Below are positions 40,380 through 55,200 of a DNA stretch of 64,000 nucleotides, one piece after another. Position 1 is the stretch's first letter. Every line of letters starts with the position of its first letter. The notes beneath the pieces are model-generated. The model had not been told where the DNA came from. It searched no databases and saw only the letters and a list, made by a program, of their open reading frames with translations. The translations under genes were made by a program, and so were the position numbers. Origin of the DNA: Tubiluchus corallicola (Eukaryota; Animalia; Priapulida); the NCBI GenBank assembly GCA_030141605.1, contig JAQGDQ010000034.1:744001-808000 (forward strand), given 5' to 3'.

Positions 40380-40563
40380 ACGTCATTGACAAATTCATTT
40401 CGATTTTGGTACTTGCACAAGAACAGTTGAAATTATGTTACACAAGAAAAGTATATATCCCCCCATTCGAGAAAAAATAATATGCATTTTGTGCTTATTT
40501 TCCGTGCATATGTAGCTCACCTAGCAGAAATAAATCGAACAAGGCATATAGCCATTTCGATTG
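40365..40563 (-). pseudogene. Decayed partial duplicate of the BAZ2 last intron and terminal exon start
   Basis: Aligns by eye to about 43355-43560 and encodes YQNRNEFVNDVLIVFS versus YQNRNEFVEDALLVFT. The acceptor tgcag|GTAC has become tgcaaGTAC. Confidence 0.85.
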
Positions 40564-42027
40564 AAGATGAGTTGTACAATCCAGACGAAAATGATACAAG
40601 TTATTTATTACGAAACTCCCTACTGTGACTAATTTTTTTTTTATAGTTTGAGAAAGTTTACCATACAAGAGTACTTCGTTACTTAAATATACTCTAAAAC
40701 GAATTACGGAATTCTGCCAAATAAATTTATTATTACTGTACATGTTTGTTCCACAAGACATCTATTCAAACGAATATGTTCTAGACACGAAATAATATTA
40801 TAAACGGGAAAAAACATCACAACATTATTACACATAGTTATAAAAAGTTAAATTAATAATAATGTTACATTAAATTCCTATCAAACAATCATACAATCAC
40901 TGAGCATTAGACAAATTTCGAAGAATACTTGCACAATGTTACTGCTTTTTGACACGTAATTTTCAGATCGTCCAAATGTAATTTCTTACAGGAATCGGAT
41001 CTGAATTGCAGACAATGCCCATAATCGGCAAGTAGTATCCACAAAAAACCTGATTTTTAAATGTGCATAAGGCATGACCTAGTAACACAAATTTGTTAAA
41101 ACTTTTACATTGAAGGACGTTTTCTGTTCAGCTGCCATTAAACTGATTATTGCGCTTTAGGAATTGATTATTCTATACCAAACAGTTGAAAGATAATGTT
41201 ACGGGAACTGACACACTAAAAACAAGTGTTGATTCGACAAAAATGTGACTCGATCATCCCATGGGTGTTTGTTGTTGAGCAAGAGTTTAATTAACAGTGT
41301 TGGTGACAAGACTGGGACGTACAGACATGAACTGGCGGAAGCGTCTTAGTCTTGTTAGATGTGTATACGCCTGTCCTCAATACAGAGAAATATGGTGGTA
41401 AAAGGGCAGAAGAAGCCACCTATTAAGCATTTTCATATAGGTCACCCATTCATTTACTATCTTGGTCTCCTGTTGCTTAACTTAAGAACCAAGCATGTAG
41501 CATGACAACTCGCCTATCTCCCTTACTAATAAGAATGGTAATCGGGCTGGTAATGATACCAATGATTTTTGTAAACAATTAGATACTTTTAGTCGCACAT
41601 GTGTCAGTGCCCTATTGAAACTACAATTACTAAATTCCAATTTGTTTTATCAAAGAATGAATCACATAAGGTCGAACAAATAATATGCAAAAGTTTAACA
41701 TCAAATTGTGGCCGAACATTTTAAAAATGCAAATTCTGTATGCAATAAATTTCAAAGGCATAATATTATTAAAAATTGGGCAAACAAACGTAAACAGACT
41801 GTCTTAGCAGCCAAGAATTAATAAATACGAATAATTTACAAAATACACGATAAACATCAACTTTGTGCAAATGTCTGAACATCGGTGTCAAAAATGCAAA
41901 ATCCGAACGAAAATTGACACAAAAGAATGAGCAAACGAAACGTCACAACCCTAGCGGTAAACTTGCTTTATTTCGTTCTGTTGCAAATGACTGTTATTGC
42001 AATTCATGTACAATGTAATAAGTCATA

Positions 42028-42682
42028 CCAGGGATGTTAAAACGAGAAAAATTTGGCGACATCATAACGAGATGATACTTTTTTTCCAATGGTACGATAT
42101 CGCTAACCCGTTTCTCAAATGATATGATACAAATTATTTCGAACGGTAAAAACGATACTGAGAGTGTAGTTAGGTGTCCCAATGTATCACAATGCCATAC
42201 TTTTGTAAGCTGTAATTTTTGTAGTAAGCGTAGGTAGATTTAATTTATGACAAAATTCTCTTTTTTGTTTAGTTATTAAATAATAACCTGCGATTTGCAA
42301 AGGTAACTATATTACGAGTACACCTATTACTACATATATTTGCATATGTGAGCTGCACAGCCTGCACACAACTGGGAAAATGCCTCTAAAAATGTCGCAC
42401 TTGACATCCGCTCGTCACTAAATGGACAGAAAACAGCTGCTATGGCAGAAAGTACAAAAAATCGATAAATCTTATAAGTAACTCTTTTTTTGCTTGTTTG
42501 TGCAATTCCATAAATAAAAAGTAAAGTGAAACAATTTTATAAAAGAGTGCGATAAGCATACATACCAAAATCGATAGGATAGCGACATGCCTAGAATAAT
42601 ATCGACACGATAATGATAAAACCAAATTTTTCGTAATGATACAATAATCGATAATTAGGGATACATATCGTTAACTTCCCCA
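42028..42682. mobile_element. Decayed hAT-like MITE
   Basis: CAGGGATGTTAAAACGA and TCGTTAACTTCCCCAG ends with ATCGAT-rich subterminal motifs; the TSD is not clean. Confidence 0.4.
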
Positions 42683-43247
42683 GGTCACAATTCAACTTCA
42701 CCTAGCTTGTTCTCGCGTGTTAAGCACACTTTTGCCAACAACTGTTGCAACAGAACTGCGTAGATTTGAACTTGCACATAAGCATCAGTTTCAAATAAAT
42801 TATCAACACATACGTAGAGAACACGGGGAGATAAAACTGCAAGGACAGTACACGTCTACTTTTATCACAATATCACAAAAGTTTGGCCATATCTGTACAA
42901 TGTATACAGCCGCTCAAATGCGGCAGAGATGTTTGGAAAGTATAATACACATAAGAGAAAATGAAGTTAGACTTCGTAGGGCAGATCTATACAACTTTTA
43001 CTGTACATTAATAGTCGGTCACAAATGGAATTTGTGCACTTCTGACCAATCATCTTGCGTGGTTTGGTCACATGATATGAAAGGCTAATAAAACATACAA
43101 CGAGATTTTGGTCACAACTCTGAATTTTCATGAAACAACGACAGTTTCAATTATACTCCGTCACAAACAAATCAAGTCCACAACCACAGAAGACTTAATA
43201 AAAGTTGACTAATCACAGTTGAGCTAAGTAATGGTTTGCACGGAGGC

Positions 43248-46200
43248 TCAAGCCGCACCACCCATCAGCTCTAACCAACGATTATTGAAGAAATGCCGCA
43301 TCCTGTGCCCGGCTATTCCCACTTCACTGTCATCCTCGTTAAACGTTTCGCAGTTCGTAAAGACGAGCAGAGCGTCTTCGACAAATTCATTGCGGTTCTG
43401 GTACCTGCACAAAAATCATTGAAATTATGTTACACAAGAAAAATGTTTATCTTCTTACCTATGTATGAGGAAAATGATACGCGTCTTGCACTTATTTTCT
43501 ATGTGAATGTAGCTCACTTAGCAGAAATAAATAGAAAAGGGCATCTGGCCATTTTGACTGTAAATGTATTGAAAGTGCACTGTACAATACCAATAATTCA
43601 AATGACAAATAATACTGTGTTTTATAATATATTAATTAAATCCATTAAAGCAATACTAGAGACTTACTGCTACCTTGAGCAATTTTTGAGCAGGTGGATG
43701 TCGACTTGCGACTGTTCCACTTTACGACCAATTAATTCAACAAAATCAACCATAACTCGTATTCCCTTCTATTTTTTTTTTAAAAAGTTAATTTTAAATC
43801 GCTGTCTTTCGATAAATTCATCGTAAGTGCAATTCTGCCGGAAGCGAATGTGGTTATAAGTCGACTACAGTCAAACGTTATTTGACACACGATTTTGTAA
43901 ATCAAGAATCAATTTGTGCGTGCTGTGAAAACTTTGCACACTAAAAGCAAAACGCAACCCATGGGACAATCTTGTCTACTGTCCCGTGGCAATCAAGCAC
44001 ACAGTTCACGGACTATGCCTGTGACTTGTAACCATACGTACACAGACTCTCTAAGCTTGTTCCTCATTGTTTGAAAGTCCATTGGGTACTTGATGACCTT
44101 CTTGTACTGAGGAAACTGCCTTGTGTCCACTGGCAGCATGAAAGGCCATGCGCACTCGTGCCGCTCCATTTCTGACAAAATCGTTCTGAAGGCAAATTAA
44201 AAAAGTGATATATAATATTGTATGACAGAAGACAGAAAAATTGCTTGCCATACAAAATCACTACCATATAAGCAAGACATTAAAAATGTTGATTCCCACC
44301 AAAATATGCTTAACAGCTTACCACAAGAAAACCACGTTTTGAAAGGCTACGCTTTAGAATCGATGAAAACAGCATTACGTCAAACACACCAAGCCAAGGT
44401 TCAAATACTTGTAGCTCTTATGCAACTAATAGAGGTCACTAGATCTTTAGCCACATTAAGAACATTTGTGTCCCAGATGCAAAACCTTGCTTGAAATCTT
44501 TACAGCATCTGCCTTGGACTGCTGTTGCATCATTAGGAAATATAGGAACGGTATGAAAGAAATGTTACCTGCAAGGTCCTAGGTCATCTTTGTTGCTTGA
44601 AGACTTCACCGACTTCGTACTTCCACATTCAGACGAAGGAGCAAGAAAGGAATTCTGGGAAGCGGCATCGTCTTCTATTTTTGCCCAGTCTTTTTCTCTC
44701 TCCTTCATCTCTTTACTTTTACGTCCACGCTTTGCTAATTTCTAAACAGTGGAAAATTTTCTACATTAGACTTTATGGAAGAATATTTAATGAATACAGT
44801 ACACAAAATGCATGTGGTTTCAAACTGACTCTTTCGTTAAAGCATAGGGAAATCCTCTTTTGTTGTGAATAGGTTCCCTTAGAGGAGTGGAAAAATGACT
44901 TAACATCTTGGGTTTATTTTACAGTTATCACTTAAACTTAGAAAAATATGTAAAGAAATTGGCAAAACATTATCTATAAAGCATAAAGGTCATTTATATC
45001 GCCGCTGTATAGAAATTTCATTTTTGCTAACACAGCTTCTGCATCTAATTTGAACCTAACTCAACCAGACCATTAGTTAAACTCAGACAGAGTGATGCCA
45101 CTTACGAGGAGCGGTTGCATTTTATAAAAGTACCTTTTCATGACAGTCAGGGCAATTCCATCGACCTCGTGGCATTTTCGTTACTGGTGGGTTCATACAT
45201 TCTGGATGATATGTTCGCGAACAGTCTTGGCACTTTGCCATTTTGCCAAATCCACGACCGCAGACCAGACAAATGACTGCATTGGTCCTCTGGAATATAA
45301 GATAAAGAACTGCACACCATATCCGTCATTAACTTACCAAACCGTGAGGTCAACGAGTATACTACTGCCTCTCACAGCTCTGCTACATTAAGTAGACAAT
45401 TTGGCAATGCAGATCTAGTAATAAGTACCAGAAAATATGAAACTACTATTTTATTATATCTATTATATCTACTATTTTATTATATCTATTACTTCTCGAA
45501 TCTTACCTTTGCAATACATTCGTAGCAAAACCAGTCACCATCTGGTATACTGTCCATCTTAGGCTTAAAGCAGTAAGTATGATAACCTTTGTCACAACCA
45601 TCACATAGTAACAGCTCTGCTTCGTTGTCGCCACGACGACATATTTGACAAAACTAAGGATGCAAAAAACATCAACATGCTATGGTAACAAATACTATTA
45701 CATTCTAATTTTTATTCTTGTGCATATCCTTATACTCTACTACTGTAAGTAAATAGGTGTAAAAAAGTTAAAAACACTCTAGCTGTTATCAACTCACCAA
45801 TAATCTTATCAAATACTAACACAGATGCTGTAAATATTTTAGTACTGTATATTATACAAAACATATAAACTGTTTGCCTCTTTAATGTCACCGTTACAGT
45901 ACAAGAAGCATTACTGTCAGACATAAATGACATTATTTAACTAATGAACAGATTAATTTTACTAAAAGGAATAAAGTTTCAATTGATGACACATGAACTA
46001 TATACAAAGAAGTAAATTATCAAAATGACTCACCACTTTCATAATTGACTTCTCCCAAGCGATGCTCTTATCCAACATCTTCAGGCACATATGTAACTGA
46101 GCTGCACTATTAACAAGACTCAAAGCCCGTCTCCAGCTCGCTAAAGCTGGAGAAACTTCGTTATTGTCATTCTCTTGTTGCGTGGTCACTGGGGGTGTCT

Positions 46201-49200
46201 TATCACCGCTGGTGCTCAGCTGACTTCTCAATCCGAGAGGTGGTTTAAAATACCGGCGTTCAATTGCACTTTCCAAAATGTGTAACCGATGTACTGCTGT
46301 GTCAATAGCGTTACTAAAAGAGATGGCCCGTGGCTTTTCTTCGCTTAAGCTCTCAGTTTTTACTGGTTCTTCCGATATGTGGCTTGCAGGGCTGTCGTCA
46401 GCATGATTGGTCAATTCGGCTTCCATACCTTCAAGCTCGGAATCTGACAATTCAGATTTGTCGTGGTTTCGACCAGCTTCTTCATCAATTATCAATTCAC
46501 TTTGACCTCCAACACCATAGATACAATCCTCAGTTTCCATCAGCCATTGCTCACTCTTGCACACAGGGTTGACCGCTCCCTGTTCCTTTAACAATTCTTT
46601 GTCTTCTCTCTCACTGATGTGTCCATTGGTTTTTGCAGTTGCATCTGCATGTACACTTGCAGTGGGCTGCACAGTTTTACTGACTTCTTCCATGAAACGG
46701 TCACCGTCCATTTGTTTGATGCTTTCGTTTTCAACGATTTCCTGTTTCACATCACGTAAACTTTCATCCTTTTCGTCACTCGTAGTAGTGTTAGTTTCTG
46801 ATGATTCAAAAGCTTCTTCTACTTTCGGTACAAACTTCTCAATCTCCTCTTTCGTTACCTTACTCTGTGCTTTGAAACCCTAAAGCAGACAAACGATAAA
46901 ACCAATTAGTCAAGCACAAAACTGTCAAAAATAGTTGGTAAAACTGAGGAAACAAGTTAAATTTCAGAGTTAAATCTCACCTTAACATGCATACTAGATT
47001 TCATCACCCTGTCTTCTAATCTTTCGACTTGCCAAAGCACATCAAGTTCCAGTCTCAGAGCTACGTCTGGGGTCCAACTGGCAAAAGGATCTGGACTTGG
47101 AGCACGACTTTTCTTCTGTGACACATGTCGGTCAAATTCTGTAATCTCCAAGTCCACTATATGAAAACAAATAATATTATGAAAAAACTGTACATTATGA
47201 AACAATAAACTTTTGCTGCAATTGTCTCTTGTAAGAAAACCAACTAATAATTACCAAAAGTTTGAGCAATATACTAGAACCCAATGGAAGCCAATGACAA
47301 AAGAAGTTACCCTCTTTCTTGCTTTTCCCACAAGAAGCGATAGCATAATCGAAATTTTTCTGCAGCTGCTTCAAAAGCATCCGTTCTCTGATACCTCGCA
47401 AGTGCAATGCTTTCATCAAAGCTTTCAGTTGATTAGCATCAGTAATTCTCCACCAGCCTCTTTGCATTTCTGTTTTGCAATTAAAACAAACACATATAAA
47501 AATTTAATAAAAACGAAATATCAGTTGCTTCTGCACCCCAAACAATAAAAGCATGCAAAAGAGTAAAGTGGTCAAACCCAGATTGTAAGCAGTATCTCAC
47601 AAAGCAGATACATTTTGCCCATTACACAAGTGTCATCTGTCTTTGACATCTTTCACTTGGTAATGTCTCATTTCAGCTATGACGCCTCTCCACCACAACA
47701 CTCTCTTGTGATGTCACATGGAAATTCAGCTACAGAGAGATCAAGCAGCCAACATTACTAATGAAGTGTTGGCTGCTTGCCACATCCTAATTGACTATAT
47801 TCTACTTCCCACTCAATTGTCACCAAAATCTAATAAGTCCTTTCCCGATACCTTTCCTCCACAAAAAAAGTGGAATTGTACAGTTTTTCAAATTAATTAT
47901 ACATAGATTGATTGACAAAGGAGTACTGGTTACAAATGCCCTTCAGCTGATACAGTAATACATTTTAGTGTAATATGGAAAATATAGAACAGATATAAAT
48001 GTTGAAAAAAGTTATAAAAAACTTTTGTCAACAATGATGACAAAAAGTTCATTTTTATTCAGCTGCTTAGCCTTAAAAGATCACTTAGGGGAATCAGTTT
48101 TCTTTGGAAAACCTTTATACAAATCAGTGTGACTACTGTCATCAACTCGAATCGAAAGCACTGATTTTCACTTACCAATAGGAACCGGTTCCACTTTCTC
48201 ATTTTGGTCCTGTAAGGAAGCTGCTCTCAGTTCGGCAGCACTTGGAAGAACGACACCTCCATTCTCTGGCTGCACGCTGGCATTATGAGGATGCGGGAAT
48301 GCACCACGATGCGACTGAGCACCACTAGGTGCAGAGTTTGTTGCCCGAGTCATACCAAACAATGAGCAACTACTAGAAAATGGCCTCATGCACTGAGGTA
48401 ACGGACGGGTGACAGAAGCTTCGTCGCAAGGCAGTCTAGGCAAGACACTGAACCATGGATGGTGGAAAGAATGATGCGACAGATTCCGAAGCAGCTGCTC
48501 AGCAGTTAATGGATGCGCCGGTGTAAACACAATGGCAGATGGAGATTTCACCGCTCCGTCCAGCTCTTGTGCATTAGTTGACTTTGCTGAAAGACTAGTA
48601 TTAATCTGTGCTTTTTCCCACAAGGAATGACTGTGATAATCATCGTTGCTCTGTGACAAGCCAACATGGCCGTCTTTGTTTTGAGATAGATTTCCTAAAC
48701 CGAGTTCTTGATCTTTTTCACATTTTACACTTACATCGGGGCCATTGGGCAAACGTGTGTCACTTACAATAGATGCTTTTGGCTTTAATTCTGGCAGATC
48801 ACACTCATCATCAGCTATTTCCTCCTTGCCAGGATTCTCTTTTCCTTCTTCTTTTTCCTCTTCCTCTGACGGCACCTCATCTTTCTCATTTTCTAGCTTA
48901 TCCGCATCTAGTTCAGCCGACTCCAAGCCCTCCACAAACACACCTCCTGCGTGAGGAAGAACCCAGTAACGACGTTTGTACCTATCCTGCCCAAACGTTG
49001 TAGCACGCAGCGAGTGGCACACAGTGGTCAATTTATTTTTCAACTGCCTTTGTTGCTATAAGAAAAAGAACAAATCATCACAGCAAAAAGAATTCAGCAA
49101 CAACAATTAATAATGAATATTAACTAATAATTTGCAATGTTATAATAAATGGTACGATCATTCTTCTCCTTTACCTTGCATAATTTGTCAAGTCGTTTCT

Positions 49201-52200
49201 GCAGCTTTACGGGGTCCTCGGGTTCACTTTCAACTGGTGCCTCCTCTGTGACTTTACCATCATTAGACGGTTTCTTCATATCAGACTTTTCCTTATTGCT
49301 CTGATTAGTAACCGTACTCAAAGGTGTTGAGGCACGGCTCTCGTCGACTAAATGACTGCCTTCACCGAACAAGCTGCTGTCGTCGGTGGCAAGACGATCT
49401 TCGACTGTGAACAGACTAGCATTGTTTTCAACGACGGCTTCGTCATCCTTCTCATTATCATTCTGAAACATTTATGATCGTGCAAATTTTAGTGATAGAT
49501 AACGTTTCAAAATAAGTAATTAAATAAAGGACAATGGCACTTTTGATACATATAACTTTTCAAATTAGAAACCAATCAGTGTTGTTAGCTTGTTCAAGTG
49601 ATTCACTCACTCAGTTCTTGAAACTGCCAAAAAAATAAGCACTAGCAGATTGTTTCTACGTTCAATGTTCTTAAAAATGTCTTAAAGGAAATGTCATAAA
49701 AACATGCAGCTAAAAGATGAATCTGAAATTTTGCAAAGCTGATTCTAGCAAGTAGTCCCTTTCAAACAAACAAACAAAATGAGTTCTGCCTTAAAACGTG
49801 ATTTGTCAGTTAAGGAAGTAATGATATAATCCTACAGCAAAGGCTCAAGCTTTAGCAAAGCCTCGAGCATACACGAGTAAACTTGCGGAAAAGTACTAAA
49901 ATGGCTGATTCGTGGCACCGGGTACCTTTTCACTTTTTCTGACGCTGTTCTTACATCAAGATCCCCGACATAGTGGTCTCCAATTCTCGTTTTATCTATA
50001 TTTCTTGGGAAAGTGGAAATACTATTACGCGGTTCTGAGAATGTGCATTACTAGTGATTAAAGCTGAACCTAATGAAAACAACATGGCATAAGCAAATTT
50101 AGATCACAACCTCAGCATCAAGATCATCGGCAGCTAAACCTTCAGAACCATCGCTATCATTTCCACTATCGTCTTCTTCCTCCTCCTCTTCCTCCTCATC
50201 ATCTTCGTGGTTGACAGCTTCCTCTTTCTTAGGTTCAGCAGAATCTTTCTTCTCTTGACTAGGATTGTTGTTTTCGGGTGTACTATTTGCAGCTCTCTCC
50301 CGATTTGCCTTTGCTGCTTCCGCTGCTGATTCTGCAGTACAACGGGCCAGTTCGCACCTTGACCTAAACCCAAAGTATTGAGTGACCTCTTCCATTGATA
50401 TTTGATATTTATTTGCTTATTTTAGCTATAACATAATAATAAAAAAGATACAATGCAATAAATTGGCCAGGGAGACCTGTACAAAGTGAAAAGACCACCG
50501 CATAACGCACAGGCCACACATAGTAAAGTGACCCACTGCAGAGTTACATAGTAAACGTAGATGATAATGATAATGTGAGACCATGGCACTATCATACATG
50601 GGTTACTACACACAGGAAAAAACATGTCGATTATGTCTATCACAAAAAACTGATTACTCAGCTAAAAAAACAATTATAATTTCAATATTTCAAGTGTACA
50701 CATAACAATCACTAATATTACAAGAAAAGGGAATGTGTGTCCAAAAAGAAATTTTTACTATCCTTTTTAATCCTTGATAAGAACAAGTAAAAGCCTTACT
50801 AATAAATCACTGTGGAGCATTGGACACCAGTGCCTAAATAATATACTTAAGTGTTCTTTCAGCAAAAACATGTTGATGAACAGGTGGACGTATGTCATCT
50901 TTATAATAAGTATTATACGAGTGGAAATTTGCACCTCTAATAACAGGTATAGAGTAAAAGTGAATGCTAGGAAACATTAGGAAAACAATCAGAACAACAT
51001 TCGAACTTATTCACAAGTTTGCGAACAACAAGTTTAAATGTTAGGAAACATTAGGAAAACAATCAGAACAACATTCGAACTTATTCACAAGTTTGCGAAA
51101 AACAAGTTTAAATGTTAGGAAACATTAGGAAAACAATCAGAACAACATTCGAACTTATTCACAAGTTTACGAACAACAAGTTTAAATGTTAGGAAACATT
51201 AGGAAAACAATCAGAACAACATTCGAACTTATTCACAAGTTTACGAACAACAAGTTTAAATGTTAGGAAACATTAGGAAAACAATCAGAACAACATTCGA
51301 ACTTATTCACAAGTTTACGAACAACAAGTTTAAATGTTAGGAAACATTAGGAAAACAATCAGAACAACATTCGAACTTATTCACAAGTTTACGAACAACA
51401 AGTTTAAATCATTGCAAAACTTTGCATATCTTACTTTCTTATTTCTCCATCCAAAACCCACTTATCTCTTTTCATTGTGTTCATCTGTTCAAGTCGAGTT
51501 TCTATTTGCCTGTAAAATAATTTTTTTACTGTAATTAAACACCAGTTGCATTTAGACTAACAATGACTGATGCATTTACCATACAAGCTATACAAAGCTC
51601 GCAATGCATGTTAAGTCAAGGAAGCCTATCAAACTAATAATAATGAAGATTCGTCATGAATACGTCATTTGTTTTAGAGCACTTTACGTGATCTGTCAAG
51701 TCTGGATCGCCGAGATTCAAGTTACAAAACAAGAATTTTTAGCTAGAGAGACTTTACAAATGGCATAAAGTATTTTACTCTCAAATATCGTTTTGCTTAA
51801 ATTTGTCAGACGTACTTGCGGCGTATTGTTTCAGGAAATGATAACACAGCTTAAATGTTATCACAAGAGGTCACAAGTTTGTATAAATGCAAACGTTTTC
51901 AAACATTTCATTCATCAGAATAAACACTTATTGTTTAGTTCTATTTTGTTGTTTATATTTATTGTTTAACGCTTTCTACTTCTTACTGTCAGAAACTGGA
52001 AGAAATGAGTCATAACACAATTCCCACTGAGTCATACCACTACTGTCCTCACAGCTACATTTAACGGCAATAGTAGACACTGAGATACGTGTTCTTTACT
52101 CAATATCAAATGCTGTCTCCCAGTTCTACCTTCCCTTTTTGGTTTCTACTACACGAGTACAGTCACTTCCTGGCACCCTTACGTGTTTATTAACAAATCT

Positions 52201-55200
52201 GAAATCTCGAAATCTTTCACATACAACAACTGCATGATAATAACATTAAACGAACTAAACCTTTATACCTGGACACATTACGGTTATACAGCAGTTCATC
52301 ACATATTGCCGCGATACCAGCAGCTTTTTCAGTTGGATTGAGCGAAACGAACGGTTTATTCTGCAGTATTCCAGCCAACCAGTGATCTCTTCCCAGCCGA
52401 CTCCACAGATACAACTTCAACACTTCTGATATGTTGTCCCGATCTACCTCCACTTCTCGGATGGTCGAGCCAAAGACGGTCCGCGTCTGAAAATTCGACA
52501 AAACTAGATTTGAGCTGAGATGGTTAACTATTATAACCAGAGTTCTAATTAATGAGTAAATATTCATACAGTATAAAGTCCAAATAAGATAAATCACTAA
52601 CAGAAAATAATGAGGTTAAATTAAGCCAACGAATAGTTCAATGCCATTTACTTTGGCTAGATTGTTTTTTGGTTTGAGCAGTACAAAACTCTTTACTAAG
52701 AACACAAAAGCAACGAGCAATATTACATCAAAGTACTGCTGAAAAACAATGAGCAATATTACATCAAAGTACTGCTGAAAAACAATGAGCAATATTACAT
52801 CAAAGTACTGCTGAAAACAATGAGCAATATTACATCAAAGTACTGCTGAAAAACAATGAGCAATCAGAGGACTCCTGAAAGAATAGCGAAATTTTTGTAC
52901 GAATGCTTCGGGGCAAGGTTTCAGATCTTGCAATCTTGAGGGTATGAACTGAGCAGTGAACTGAAAACTCTACAATTTCTTTAATCTACGATTAATTTTC
53001 TTAATTGAACTCAATGGCATGAAAAATCACCGGATCTCAACCCTGCCAACACATTACAGCTATCATGAAAAACAAAAGGAACACTTAGATGATCCAAGAG
53101 CATGCCACCAATCAGTATTAAACAGACAAGTCCACAAGAAATCTGCAAGACATGTTGGAAGATCTTGAGTTCCTTGTGTCGCTGCTCTGATGACACCCCT
53201 CAAAACTGCAGATTTCATGAAATGCCAGAGACTTGCACACGGAATATTGAAGGCATGTTAGATTCTCTATTGTTAGAGCAGTACTTTTACCCGATGGATT
53301 GTTCTGCGCGATTAATCACTGTTGTTTCTGTACCCTCTAACAACAGTGTTTTATGTACCCCGTATATAAAACACTGCAGGTAACAGAGACATTCTACTCA
53401 ATGGTATAAATCAGTAAGCTTGTTAAATACTGTGAGCTATAATGATTATATGTGGAAGAAACAATGATTATATGTGGAAGAAACAATGATTATATGTGGA
53501 ATAACCATTGCAAAGTGCAAAAACTTAACATGTTTTGCAAAAGCCTACGTTTCCTAACACAGATGTACAAAAACCATGAATATGCAAAAGAATACCTGCT
53601 AAAAGCTATAAAAAAAAACTGATAATATGTCACAAAAAATGTACAGCTTACTTAACAAACATACATTCACATAAAAAAATTAAAAATTAAATGGAAAAGA
53701 CGCTTTTCATAAGCCTAAGCATTCACGACAGATAAAACACAAGGAGGTAGTCAGGTATGTGTAAAACAAAGTCGGTGGAGAGGGGCAATTTTTATTATAT
53801 AGACAACCAATAAAGAATGGATAAAAATACGCAAAATTTACCTCTGGGGTGACCGTTATCCCGGGATCACGTATTGCACAGTGAAGCAAGAAGCCGACTA
53901 GATCTAATAGTTTCTCCGTGTGACCTGGTGAATTAAGGAGGCCTAGCTGAATGGTATTTAAGCTTGGAATTCTGTCTGCATCTAGAAAAACATGCGACAC
54001 AATTATATACCACACAAGATTATAAGTTCGACATTGTCAGTGCTCACTAGTACAATGATGTAACAAGTTATTGTGTGTTTTTGGGTCTGACAGAAGTGAT
54101 ATATGATAAACAAACGAAACACTGACATCATTCAGTTGCAAAGTGGGTCTGTCAACATGCAATAACTAATTTGCATTATTTAAAGCCTAGCAAAATCTAA
54201 TACTATGCCGATTTTAGAAAAAATAAGGTTCACGAGATCAGGAATAGGTTTCCCTTGACGTATGTTGTTTACTAAAAATCACCAGGCAACAAGAAAGTAT
54301 CTAGAGATATTACTGTATCTTAACCTAGTTTGAAAATTAATATACCACCTTCACAGTAATAGCAGTGAACTTTATTACAGATATCGTGAGTAACCATAAA
54401 TATAAGCTTTACCGAGCCCGACAGCAGCACCAAACGTATGGAGAAACTCCGTGACTAGCATACAATCGGCAAACGCTTCCCCAGCCAATTTCACTCCGGG
54501 AATTCTATCCAGAGCCGGAACAGGCTTGGCATCAGTCAGCTGCATGTCTTCAACTGGCTTCTTCAGTTCTCTTGCTCTTAATATCTCCAGCCGCCGCTGC
54601 TCCTGAAACAACAAGATGTCCGTCACAGTACAAGTGAAGCCAACACGGTACAAGTGAAGCCAACACGGTACACGTGAAGCCAACATGGTACACGTGAAGC
54701 CAACACGGTACACATAAAGCCAACACGGTACACGCGAAGCCAACATGGTGGCAAGCACATTCATTACTGGTGTGAAATTTTGATTAAAAATCAAATTGTA
54801 AGTTTTTAAACTCCGAACTTTGGTTAAGATGGTGCCACATAGATTCATTCTAATAATATAAACAAACAGGCTGAAATGATATAAATAGTATTAATAATAG
54901 ATTAATAGTAATGATATTAAAATAATTTTTTATTTCAAGCAAATTTTTCAGAGCTTAGTGAGCCAACGTTGGACTCTAAAAAACAAAACGAAAATCCAGT
55001 AAACATCAACACACTTGTCAAGAAAAAATGTGTGTTGGTAATTTAACAATGGGAGTATTAAAAAATTAAGTACACATAGCAAATCTGTGGAAACTTTAGT
55101 ACCAACAATGTGTTTATTTATCTGGAGTTTAGTTTAAGCTTCACCTTTTTTGCTTTTGCTTCCTTTTGTTGGAAAATTTTGGTATGCAAATAAAACCCTT

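Noticed and set aside
41197-41946. Possible solo LTR (TGTTACG ... CGTCACA)
   Set aside because: No target-site duplication and no second copy in the window.
43293-43826. 177-aa plus-strand ORF
   Set aside because: It is antisense to the BAZ2 last exon and intron, with no recognisable domain; likely a chance ORF.
53000-53400. Coding-looking intronic stretch with short ORFs
   Set aside because: It is not needed for the BAZ2 reading frame and has no identifiable motif; possibly a decayed transposon.
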